From the sequence record LR746137: 64,000 nucleotides of DNA, one strand, 5' to 3'. The DNA is from Escherichia phage vB_EcoM_UP17. Under the pieces are notes generated by a model. That model searched no databases and was not told the DNA's origin. It saw only the letters and a list, made by a program, of their open reading frames with translations. The position numbers and the translations under genes are program-made. Shown here in pieces: positions 47,274-55,879 of this stretch (the first letter of the stretch is position 1; each line of letters opens with the position of its first letter).

Positions 47274-48248
47274 TTAAACAGCAGCTTCTTCTTTTTCAGG
47301 GAAGATAAAGCTTGCAATAACACCAAGAGCTAATGTGCCTAGAACAATCATCAAACTTACGTTAGGGGAAATATCATGCGGGAGGAATGACCACTTGGCA
47401 TGAAGTGTTTCACCGAACGGGTGATACATAAGTTTAGCACCAACAAACACCAGAACCACAGCAACAGCTTTCTCTAAGTGAACCAAATATTTCACAGCAA
47501 CACTTAACACAAAGAAAAGTGCACGTAAACCAAGAACAGCCATCAGCATTGCAGAATAAACTAGCAGAGGTTCTTGTGTCACACCGATCACAGCCGGAAC
47601 TGAATCAAAAGAGAAGACAATATCTGTAAGCTCAATAACAAACACACAAAGAAGAGCAGGAGTTGCATATTTAATACCATTCTTAATGGTAATGAACTTT
47701 TCACCATCCAGCGCATTGTGCACAGGCAGAACTTTACCTACTAAACGAACAGCCCAATGCTTAGAGTAATCAATATCCTCTTCTTCGTCACCACCTTTGA
47801 TGATAGCCACGGCAGACCAAGCTACAATCAAACCGAACAACACTTGGACCGACCAATGAAGGTTAAACAAAGCGGTCCCTGCTGCAACAAAAATACCTCG
47901 GAAGACAATGGCTCCTGCAATCCCCCAAAGTAGAATTTTATGTTGGAGATGTGTGCTCTTAATTCCAAAGCTTGCAAAAATTGCCATGAACACCATCAGG
48001 TTATCTACAGAAAGACTCTTTTCCAACACATAACCACTTAGGAAAAGCGCGGCAAACTCTTTACCATGTTCTACCCAAATGAATGCGTAATATCCTAAAG
48101 CTAAAGCAATCCAAAAAACAGACCAAAGCAAAGCAGATTTAATTCCAATTTCTTTATTCTCTTTATGACCAAAGAAATCGATACCAATAGACAATGCCAA
48201 AATACTAATTAAAACAACTACATCAATAATTGGGAAACCGAGTTGCAT
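47274..48248 (-). CDS. TerC-family integral membrane protein
   Basis: 324 aa, multiple hydrophobic helices; EKSLSVDNLMVFMAIF matches the TerC/Alx signature. Confidence 0.7.
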   Translation of the reverse strand: MQLGFPIIDVVVLISILALSIGIDFFGHKENKEIGIKSALLWSVFWIALALGYYAFIWVEHGKEFAALFLSGYVLEKSLSVDNLMVFMAIFASFGIKSTHLQHKILLWGIAGAIVFRGIFVAAGTALFNLHWSVQVLFGLIVAWSAVAIIKGGDEEEDIDYSKHWAVRLVGKVLPVHNALDGEKFITIKNGIKYATPALLCVFVIELTDIVFSFDSVPAVIGVTQEPLLVYSAMLMAVLGLRALFFVLSVAVKYLVHLEKAVAVVLVFVGAKLMYHPFGETLHAKWSFLPHDISPNVSLMIVLGTLALGVIASFIFPEKEEAAV

Positions 48249-48327
48249 TCTTTTCTCCTCTCTTTGCGGGGAACTATTCCCCGCTTCATGTGATATATCT
48301 TACTCTTTTTAAGAATTATGTCAACAC

Positions 48328-48555
48328 TTATTTTGTTGAATGAGAGGAAAAGATTCCTCGTAATACCGCCAGAATAAACGAAACACAAACCACGGTCCAG
48401 AAGGTTACTGGGACAGTGATATCTGCATGACCCATAACTTCAGCAACATAGTTGTAAGCCAGCAACAGTAACCAAGCTGGAATCAAACTAAGCATAAAAG
48501 CAATAACAAAAAAGCTTACCACTGCAACAATACCTGCAAAAACACCCATACTCAT
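48328..48555 (-). CDS. Small membrane protein (two TM helices)
   Basis: 75 aa, almost entirely hydrophobic. Confidence 0.5.
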   Translation of the reverse strand: MSMGVFAGIVAVVSFFVIAFMLSLIPAWLLLLAYNYVAEVMGHADITVPVTFWTVVCVSFILAVLRGIFSSHSTK

Positions 48556-48561
48556 CTCCTC

Positions 48562-49035
48562 TTAAAGTTTATAAATAGTCACATCGTGACCTGTTTTTAC
48601 TAAAGTTTCTTCAATCATCACTTGGATGATAGCCCAATTGCCTCCAGCATATCCAGCGCCAATCATAGGTAAGCCGATCTTACATTTTTGGTCACGGAGA
48701 AGCAAATCATTAGCCATAGCTATTAGTGCATCGTAAAGTGCATCATAGTCCAACTGACGACCTTTAGCATTGTATCCGTAACGGTATTGCCCGTATAGAT
48801 TATATACCAAAGGGTCTGATTGTTCGTCTGGCACCCCTAAACTAAAACAACCTAGTTTACTTTGATCACCAGCCATTGTGTCTAAGTCTGCTGCATATGC
48901 GTAAGGAAATGCTTGTTTGATTTGTGGGGCAATACCTGCCCCCATATTACACATACAGTTGCAACAATGAGCAATAACAGTTACTTCACCTGCTTTAGCG
49001 GCATCAATAAGATTACCTGTTTTCATTTTAAGCAT
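48562..49035 (-). CDS. Macro-domain protein (ADP-ribose binding/processing)
   Basis: VIAHCCNCMCNMGAGIA and IGAGYAGG resemble the macro-domain VNAAN...GGGV and G-rich phosphate-binding loops; 157 aa. Confidence 0.55.
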   Translation of the reverse strand: MLKMKTGNLIDAAKAGEVTVIAHCCNCMCNMGAGIAPQIKQAFPYAYAADLDTMAGDQSKLGCFSLGVPDEQSDPLVYNLYGQYRYGYNAKGRQLDYDALYDALIAMANDLLLRDQKCKIGLPMIGAGYAGGNWAIIQVMIEETLVKTGHDVTIYKL

Positions 49036-49047
49036 TTTAGCTCCTTA

Positions 49048-49875
49048 TTACAGAATGTGTTGTTTTGTGTAACGATCCAAGAATTCAAAGTTTTCAGCAT
49101 ACTTTGAAATTCGGTTGTAACCTTCTCCCAAACATCCGAAGAAAAGTTGCTCTACATAGTAGTGTGGCAATTGGCTAAGAATGATTTTGAAGTCTTCGTG
49201 ATTTTGGCCCATAAGATACTTAATAGGACGAACAAGGCACTGTGCATCACGTTCTTCATTAATCATTTTAACAAACGCTTCTGGTGTATTAATGTAGTTA
49301 AAATTCAGTTTAGCTTCGGTATCTGCTTGATTACCTTCATATTTTGCAAAATACAAGAAGTAAACATCATTTTTAACTTGATTTTCATCAAGGATCTCAA
49401 TCAGTTTGTCTTCATGCGTTCCAGTGATATTTACATCATCAATGAATACAAGCTTCTTATCACCCCAGAATTCTTTGTTGCAGTAGAATGTATCCCCATC
49501 AATAAGTTTCTTACGACTAGCTTTATCCAAGAAACCATAATCGTTGATATAGCTAACTTTACGATGAATAATGTCCAGTTCTGCTGAACGACCTTGATCA
49601 TATTGTGATTGCAACATGTTAAAGTAATTAATAAAATGATCTGTCATCATTGTTGCAGCATTATGCACATGGTTGTAAGGAGAAGGAATGATAACAAATT
49701 GTTCCCCAATATGTTTCATTGCCACTTGAGCAAAAAACTGAAGTGCCAATTCTTTACCCATACGACGCGCGGCTTGGTTACTACCAAATTTCAATTTTGA
49801 ATAATCTTGGATATCAAAAGTAGCAGTTTCCAGGTCATCAAATTTATTTGCAAAAATTTGAGTTTGATTACGCAT
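49048..49875 (-). CDS. Phosphoribosyltransferase (PRTase-type) protein
   Basis: KKLVFIDDVNITGTHED matches the PRPP-binding hhhhDDhxxTGxT signature; 275 aa. Confidence 0.55.
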   Translation of the reverse strand: MRNQTQIFANKFDDLETATFDIQDYSKLKFGSNQAARRMGKELALQFFAQVAMKHIGEQFVIIPSPYNHVHNAATMMTDHFINYFNMLQSQYDQGRSAELDIIHRKVSYINDYGFLDKASRKKLIDGDTFYCNKEFWGDKKLVFIDDVNITGTHEDKLIEILDENQVKNDVYFLYFAKYEGNQADTEAKLNFNYINTPEAFVKMINEERDAQCLVRPIKYLMGQNHEDFKIILSQLPHYYVEQLFFGCLGEGYNRISKYAENFEFLDRYTKQHIL

Positions 49876-50524
49876 TTACAATTTCTCCTCTTTTAAGTTT
49901 CTCTAGTAAGTCATTAGGGTTCTTAATATGACAGAAGTTAAATCCTAAGTCAACACATTTTCCATCATATTCTTCACTATCGCCTACGTGCAATACTTCG
50001 TGCCCTAACAGAGGGATCGGAGAATACGTGAGCGTGCGAGCAAAGAATCGCGGATCTGGTTTACAAAGTAAAGCTTCATCCGAGAAATGGGTGAACTCAA
50101 AACAATTCCAACTATCAAACTTACAAGCACGACGCAGGATATCCCCTGATATGAAGTTGGTATTGCTCTTAATACTCAAATCATAACGTCCCGAAAGATA
50201 CAGCAAGTACATCGGCAGATCCACGGCTACGTGTGGTGGAAACTTAAGGAACCACTGTTCACACTCGAAACGAAGCTTTGCAGACTTCCAAGGTGTTATC
50301 CCAAGTTCAGAACCAAGTCTTTCCCAGGCGTATGCTGCACACTCGGCTTTGCCTTGAAGTGCTGCATTATCCAGTTCCTTTTTGATCTTCTTATAAGCTG
50401 CTCTTGCTTCCACTTCCGTAATATCTCCATATTTTGCGATAGTCCAGGCTCGCATGTCTGCGTAATTGGAGTTTGCTGTGATCAGTGTGTTCCATACATC
50501 AAAAGAGATATGTTTAATAGTCAT
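49868..50524 (-). CDS. HAD-superfamily hydrolase/phosphatase
   Basis: Motif I-like ISFDVWNTLI (DxYGTL-type variant), KPDP motif, HVGDSEEYD motif IV. Confidence 0.55.
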   Translation of the reverse strand: MTIKHISFDVWNTLITANSNYADMRAWTIAKYGDITEVEARAAYKKIKKELDNAALQGKAECAAYAWERLGSELGITPWKSAKLRFECEQWFLKFPPHVAVDLPMYLLYLSGRYDLSIKSNTNFISGDILRRACKFDSWNCFEFTHFSDEALLCKPDPRFFARTLTYSPIPLLGHEVLHVGDSEEYDGKCVDLGFNFCHIKNPNDLLEKLKRGEIVNA

Positions 50525-50525
50525 A

Positions 50526-51131
50526 TTAAGCCCACCATGCGTCTAAGTTAAGATTACTGTCCACTACCACTTGTTCTATGTGGTAGCCTTTTATCTGTAT
50601 CCCACTGTTCAAGAGCATATCATACGCTTCATTGAAACGCAACTTATCTTCTGCGGAATATAAGCGAGCATTATAAAATCGGTAATCAACTTCTTCAGCA
50701 TTAGAAGAAATACGGAAGAAGTTTGTTTCTACTTCGGGATCACTTGCTGAAGTCTTAATGTGAACTTCTCCGTAATTTTCTTTACTTAGATCCATGAAAA
50801 GAACACAGGCAACATGTTTAAACATTCGTTCCAGTTTGTAACGAACAACATTGAAACCTGCATTCTCAAGTTTTTCTACACACTGCAACATTAAAGTAGT
50901 GTCGAGATCGCTTTGATACTTTGTTAACATACGATCACGTTGAGACTTTGTATCCCGATGTAAATCAATTGTTGTGCATTTGGCACCAATAATCTTAGCT
51001 GCTTTCATCAACTCTTCAGAACTAACGTTAGATAAAGTAAGATGAAAATGGGCTTTCCACACTTTTTTAGCAGGGACACCAAAAGATTTATCCCCACTAT
51101 TCGGCATGTTGACTACTACACTATGTTGCAT
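50526..51131 (-). CDS. Hypothetical protein
   Basis: 201 aa ORF between the HAD gene and the nrd genes. Confidence 0.5.
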   Translation of the reverse strand: MQHSVVVNMPNSGDKSFGVPAKKVWKAHFHLTLSNVSSEELMKAAKIIGAKCTTIDLHRDTKSQRDRMLTKYQSDLDTTLMLQCVEKLENAGFNVVRYKLERMFKHVACVLFMDLSKENYGEVHIKTSASDPEVETNFFRISSNAEEVDYRFYNARLYSAEDKLRFNEAYDMLLNSGIQIKGYHIEQVVVDSNLNLDAWWA

Positions 51132-51146
51132 TACTTATCTCCTCAC

Positions 51147-51371
51147 TTAAAATGGAAGTCTTTGAAGTTCATCTCCTCCGATATCAAGTAATTTAGCAAC
51201 ATCTCGATCAGAAAGCAACTCTTTTCTTTGTAAAATATCCACAAGGGTTGCAAGAATGTCCTTAACGTCCCGATCACTGTTCTTCAAAAGTTCTCCTGCC
51301 GTCCCTACTCTATCTCCTACAGCAAAATATGTAACCATGAAACCTCCTAAGTTAATCTGATTGCCAACCAC
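51147..51371 (-). CDS. Hypothetical small protein
   Basis: 74 aa ORF. Confidence 0.45.
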   Translation of the reverse strand: MVGNQINLGGFMVTYFAVGDRVGTAGELLKNSDRDVKDILATLVDILQRKELLSDRDVAKLLDIGGDELQRLPF

Positions 51372-51822
51372 TTGCCGTTTTGGTCCATAATCTTTGATTA
51401 TCTGACCCTCTGAAAGGTTTTGTAGTTGGATTGTTTATTTCATACTTTCCGTCTACAATAATGTCAACAAGATTTTTAATATACAAAGGCACTTCCTCAA
51501 AAGTATATCCTGTATACACCATTATATCTTTGCTTGACCCATAAACGTCTCTAACCTTTTCTATAAGGTTTTTAACATTGTAAATATTCTGCGGATCTAA
51601 TGGCTCCCCTCCTAAAATTGTTAAACCTTTTACAAACGGTCTTGACAAATCTTTTAAAACTTGCTCTACATTTTCGTGAGTGAACGGTTTCCCATAAGAA
51701 TAAGACCAGGCTTTTTGGTTAAAACAGCCACGACAACCGTGGCTACAACCACTAACCCAGAGGGAGCACCTAACTCCCTCACCATTAATAAGATCTACAG
51801 GTTCATATCCTGCAAAATTCAA
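51352..51822 (-). CDS. nrdG: Anaerobic ribonucleotide reductase activating protein (radical SAM)
   Basis: CSHGCRGC radical-SAM cysteine cluster; 156 aa; 4-nt overlap with the upstream NrdD gene. Confidence 0.75.
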   Translation of the reverse strand: MNFAGYEPVDLINGEGVRCSLWVSGCSHGCRGCFNQKAWSYSYGKPFTHENVEQVLKDLSRPFVKGLTILGGEPLDPQNIYNVKNLIEKVRDVYGSSKDIMVYTGYTFEEVPLYIKNLVDIIVDGKYEINNPTTKPFRGSDNQRLWTKTASGWQSD

Positions 51823-53633
51823 AGATGTTTCTCCCTTTGCAAAACTTCCTGCATTTTACCTTTGTTGTAAGGCCGTGAATTAGGGGCAGAAAGATACCCT
51901 GATACACGTCTAACTACAGAAATAGTTTCTTCTTCATGGTTGCCACAATCAGGACACTCAAACCCTTTAGCCGTTGCCTTAAATTCTCCATGAAAACCAC
52001 ACTTAAAGCATTGATCCACGGGCTGATTAATACCAAAATAGTGAATATGTTCATAAGCGTAGTCTACTAAAGTCTCCAAAGCTTCTAAGTTATTCTTTAA
52101 GTTTGGTGTTTCGACATAACTTATGTTACCACCATTACTAATCTGTGCAAAACCTGCTTCATAATCCCATTTTTCAAAAGGATTTGTTACCAACCACACA
52201 GGTTGATGAAAAGAGTTAGTAAGATAGTCTCTTTCTACCAAACCTGGGTATTTTTCATTTAAAGCTGTTGCAAACTTATAGCACAAAGATTCTGCTGGAG
52301 TTCCATAGAGACTAAACGCCAGCTTAGATCGTTCTTTAAACACAGCACACACATCTTTCATATGTTGCAGAATGCTTTTACCAAGTTCCTTTTTATCTTT
52401 TTCTTCTGGATAAAGGATTTCCAAAGCTTCGGCAAGACCTACATAACCAATACTAATAGAAGCATAACCACCTTCAAACAAAACACCAATTTCATCATTG
52501 GCATTTAAACGCGCTAAAGCCCCTTCCATGAAAAGAATAGGGTTTTCAGATGCTTTGGTATGTCTGATACGGTTTACACGTAGCATGTGAGCATCGTAGG
52601 CTATCTCCATATGTTTATTAAGAAGATCGGTGAAAGATTCTCCTTTACTTCTCGCTTCCGCAGCGATCAGAGGTAAGTTGATAGAAACTACTCCAAGGTT
52701 GAATCGTCCATCGTATTTTTCTCCTTGTTCGGTGGCATAGTACGACAAAAAGGAACGACAACCCATACTCGTAACAGTACCATCTGCTGATCCCGTAACT
52801 TCTTTGTTCAAAGGAACAGAAATAAAATCTGGATAAATACGATCAGCACAACATGCCAAAGCTTGTTGCTTAAGGTCATAGTTAGGATCACTAGGTTTCA
52901 TGTTAACACCTTCTTGTAAAAAGAAAATAACTTTAGGGAATACAGGCGTTACATGATCTTTGCCTAGACCGTTACTATGCACTTTAAGATAGTTAGCTGT
53001 AATCATTCTGCCAAAAACAGAGGTATCCAGACCCATACTGATTGTAATAAAAGGAGATTGTCCATTAACACTCATTAAAGTATTAACCTGATACAAGAGA
53101 GTTTGCATAGCATCATATACATCTTGTTCGGTCATTTCTAGGGCTTCTTTCCTTGCATAACAACCGTAGCGACGTTTGGTTATCTCCATGTTTTTAAGGA
53201 AACTAGCTTCAACATAAGGACTAAGACCTTTATCAATGTGCGCACACGTCTGACCTCCATACTGACTGGAGGCAACAGCTTGGATAATTTGAGTTAGCAC
53301 TGTGGTAGCTACCCCAATAGATTTTGGTTTTTCTATCTGTGCGGCTCCGATCTTAAAACCATTCTCTAACATATCTTGATAATTAACAAGACAACAGTTT
53401 GTAAGAGGAGAGAGTAGATAATCCAAGTCGTGAATATGTCCAAAACCTTCTGTATGCCACTCTGACAAGTTTTTTGGCAGTATCTGTGTCATTGCCATAT
53501 GTTTGCTTAAAATCCCCGCCAAGAGATCCCTATGCGTGTTAACGAGGTGGGAAGGTTTGTTTGCATTCTCTCTAGTGTATGTTTCTGAAGTGCGATCTAA
53601 AAAAGAAAAAACATCTTGGTACAAATCTTTCAT
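51819..53633 (-). CDS. nrdD: Anaerobic ribonucleoside-triphosphate reductase
   Basis: 604 aa; C-terminal zinc ribbon CFKCG ... CPDCG and glycyl-radical motif RVSGYLS. Confidence 0.8.
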   Translation of the reverse strand: MKDLYQDVFSFLDRTSETYTRENANKPSHLVNTHRDLLAGILSKHMAMTQILPKNLSEWHTEGFGHIHDLDYLLSPLTNCCLVNYQDMLENGFKIGAAQIEKPKSIGVATTVLTQIIQAVASSQYGGQTCAHIDKGLSPYVEASFLKNMEITKRRYGCYARKEALEMTEQDVYDAMQTLLYQVNTLMSVNGQSPFITISMGLDTSVFGRMITANYLKVHSNGLGKDHVTPVFPKVIFFLQEGVNMKPSDPNYDLKQQALACCADRIYPDFISVPLNKEVTGSADGTVTSMGCRSFLSYYATEQGEKYDGRFNLGVVSINLPLIAAEARSKGESFTDLLNKHMEIAYDAHMLRVNRIRHTKASENPILFMEGALARLNANDEIGVLFEGGYASISIGYVGLAEALEILYPEEKDKKELGKSILQHMKDVCAVFKERSKLAFSLYGTPAESLCYKFATALNEKYPGLVERDYLTNSFHQPVWLVTNPFEKWDYEAGFAQISNGGNISYVETPNLKNNLEALETLVDYAYEHIHYFGINQPVDQCFKCGFHGEFKATAKGFECPDCGNHEEETISVVRRVSGYLSAPNSRPYNKGKMQEVLQREKHL

Positions 53634-53704
53634 TATTAATCCTTATTTTGTGAGTAGAACTATTATTCTACCTCTTCCAACCGAAAAAAGCTTTGAGGAA
53701 AATC

Positions 53705-53731
53705 AAAAAAGGCGCAAAGTGCGCCTTTAAG
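53705..53731 (-). terminator. Rho-independent terminator (minus strand)
   Basis: GGCGC-AAAGT-GCGCC hairpin followed on the minus strand by UUUUUUGAUUUU, just after the stop at 53734. Confidence 0.6.
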
Positions 53732-53733
53732 TT

Positions 53734-55080
53734 TTATCGTTTGGAGAGGAATTGTCTTCCCATGATCTTACCGTTCTTTACAGCGGTCCCATCGTGTCCA
53801 TTATAATCCCAAGTTCCATCAATGTTACGCAAGAAGCTATCACGAACAGTGTAGGCTTTACCGTTCTCTACTTTACTTTCTTCCACAATGATTGCCATAA
53901 CAAGCTTATTTTCAATTTCGGTAGTAACCGATTCTTTAATACCTTCTGTAACTTCACGATCATATTGGATATAAACTCGCTCCTCGGTCACTTGCACGTC
54001 TACCACATTTTTAAATGTGTATGTCTGCTGTGTAGTGTAAAGGACACGAACAACACTCTTCTTACCTACTGGCGGCTTCTGACGACGCTTGCGGTAACGT
54101 GGAGACGGGTTAAGTTCAATATAACCTACAATATCTGATCCATCTCCAGAGTGGCTCCAATAAAACGTCTCTGCCAAACCTTTTCCTTGGTCCCCATTTC
54201 GAAAAAGAACATTAACAGGACCATCACAAGGGCGTCTACCTCCAATGTGGGCTTGGTATTTTGCTGTTCTTGGGAGAACAAAATATTCTTCAATCTGCCA
54301 TTCACTATCGTATTTCTCCCATTCAAAGTGGTTGGCTTTGCATACTTCTAAAACACCATTTTTGTAACGGACTTGAACAAAGTCCTCACAAGGTTGAATA
54401 CCTGTATTAGGAATATAGGTAGGCTCTGTGTCTTCTGGTTCAAAAGTCTCTTTTTGTTGTTCCACATCTTCCACTTTTCTTACATGCTTAGTATAAAACA
54501 TATCTTTAAACTCCTGTGCTTCAACCTCAACTGCAAATTCATGTTCTCTGATAGCCGGAGGCACAAGGCTTCCACACTCAAGATGTAGAGCATCCAGACC
54601 TGCCATTTTATCGTAAAAGATAACTTTTCGATACTTCTTACCGTCTTCTGGAATAGCAGGGTCTACTCGTTTAAGACGGGAAGCATCGCTTTTAGTCCAA
54701 AAACTCTTCCCTGTCGTATTATTGAAAGTAGTAATCATTTCTCCAATTTCTTCTTCAGAAAGGTTACTAGTGTCTGTGTAAACATCTTCAATTTTTAGCA
54801 TTTTAGTTTTCTTAAGAATTAAATCTAGCATTGCATCTCCTGTAAAACGTAGCTCATTATCTCCTACTGTCGGCTCTCCAGAAAATTCATTGGTCCCGAC
54901 TGTGTGACAGACGTATGGAAAATTTGTGCAACCGTGTAAAAGAGCATATTGTCCTGTAAGTTGAGGATCTGTCTCTTTAGTCCAACCATATGCAATTTCA
55001 ATAGCTTTGCAAAGCCTATCGAACAAGCCCCGATTGTTTGCCGCTGTTACCAAATCTTGCTTATGTGTATATACATTCAT
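53734..55080 (-). CDS. Hypothetical protein with RNase III-like signature near the N-terminus
   Basis: 448 aa; NELRFTGDAMLDLIL resembles the RNase III ERLEFLGDA motif; remainder unassigned. Confidence 0.45.
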   Translation of the reverse strand: MNVYTHKQDLVTAANNRGLFDRLCKAIEIAYGWTKETDPQLTGQYALLHGCTNFPYVCHTVGTNEFSGEPTVGDNELRFTGDAMLDLILKKTKMLKIEDVYTDTSNLSEEEIGEMITTFNNTTGKSFWTKSDASRLKRVDPAIPEDGKKYRKVIFYDKMAGLDALHLECGSLVPPAIREHEFAVEVEAQEFKDMFYTKHVRKVEDVEQQKETFEPEDTEPTYIPNTGIQPCEDFVQVRYKNGVLEVCKANHFEWEKYDSEWQIEEYFVLPRTAKYQAHIGGRRPCDGPVNVLFRNGDQGKGLAETFYWSHSGDGSDIVGYIELNPSPRYRKRRQKPPVGKKSVVRVLYTTQQTYTFKNVVDVQVTEERVYIQYDREVTEGIKESVTTEIENKLVMAIIVEESKVENGKAYTVRDSFLRNIDGTWDYNGHDGTAVKNGKIMGRQFLSKR

Positions 55081-55631
55081 AATAACCCTCCTCGTTTTAT
55101 TGCAATAGATGCCCTAGGCTCTGCGATACCAGTGGCGTATAAATACGGATGACCTTGTGGAGAAGTTCTCATCCCAAACGAACCTAATTCTAACCCATAC
55201 ATATCTTCCACGTCAAGACCAATATCTGTCTCTATGATTTGAGTTTGAACTTTGTAATACGTCCAAAAGAAATAGCGCATAGTTTCGGCATATTCTTTGA
55301 TGGATGCTCCTGGATAAAACTCAATAATCTCTAACTTCAAGAAAATGTTAAAATGAACATCATCTAACTCTTCCTCTGTTCGGTAGCAAGGTGTTAGAGC
55401 CATGTAAGGATGGTCTGTTGAAAATTCAAACCCATCCTTCTCCATCTGGAGGAAAGATTGTTCCGCACTTGCGACATAATATTTACCATTAGGATGCCCC
55501 AAGGGGCGATCCTCTTTACCTTCTGGTAATGTGTATGCAAGGATATCCGCATCTACAAGATAAGGGACTTCCAACATCTCTGCAAATCGCCCGTAGTAAT
55601 CAATAGCTTGAGCAATAACAGCTACGTTCAT
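55077..55631 (-). CDS. Hypothetical protein
   Basis: 184 aa ORF. Confidence 0.5.
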   Translation of the reverse strand: MNVAVIAQAIDYYGRFAEMLEVPYLVDADILAYTLPEGKEDRPLGHPNGKYYVASAEQSFLQMEKDGFEFSTDHPYMALTPCYRTEEELDDVHFNIFLKLEIIEFYPGASIKEYAETMRYFFWTYYKVQTQIIETDIGLDVEDMYGLELGSFGMRTSPQGHPYLYATGIAEPRASIAIKRGGLL

Positions 55632-55879
55632 GATCTTCCTCCTGTGCGGAAAGCGCGTTTAGTAATGTTGGACATAATGATCAAATCTTGTAAAGTCATG
55701 TCTGGGAACTGTTGTTCTAAAACTCCTTCGACAGCACCTACAATATCTGATAATTCCACAAGTTGCATTATTTTGCAATCCTGTTCAACAGCATCAAAAA
55801 GTTCTTCTACTTCCTCTTTAATCTTTTCTATGCTGCCATAAGGTTGTTTCTTAATGTCTGTTATGTGATACCCTGCCAT
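55628..55879 (-). CDS. Small acidic helical protein
   Basis: 83 aa, Glu-rich. Confidence 0.45.
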   Translation of the reverse strand: MAGYHITDIKKQPYGSIEKIKEEVEELFDAVEQDCKIMQLVELSDIVGAVEGVLEQQFPDMTLQDLIIMSNITKRAFRTGGRS

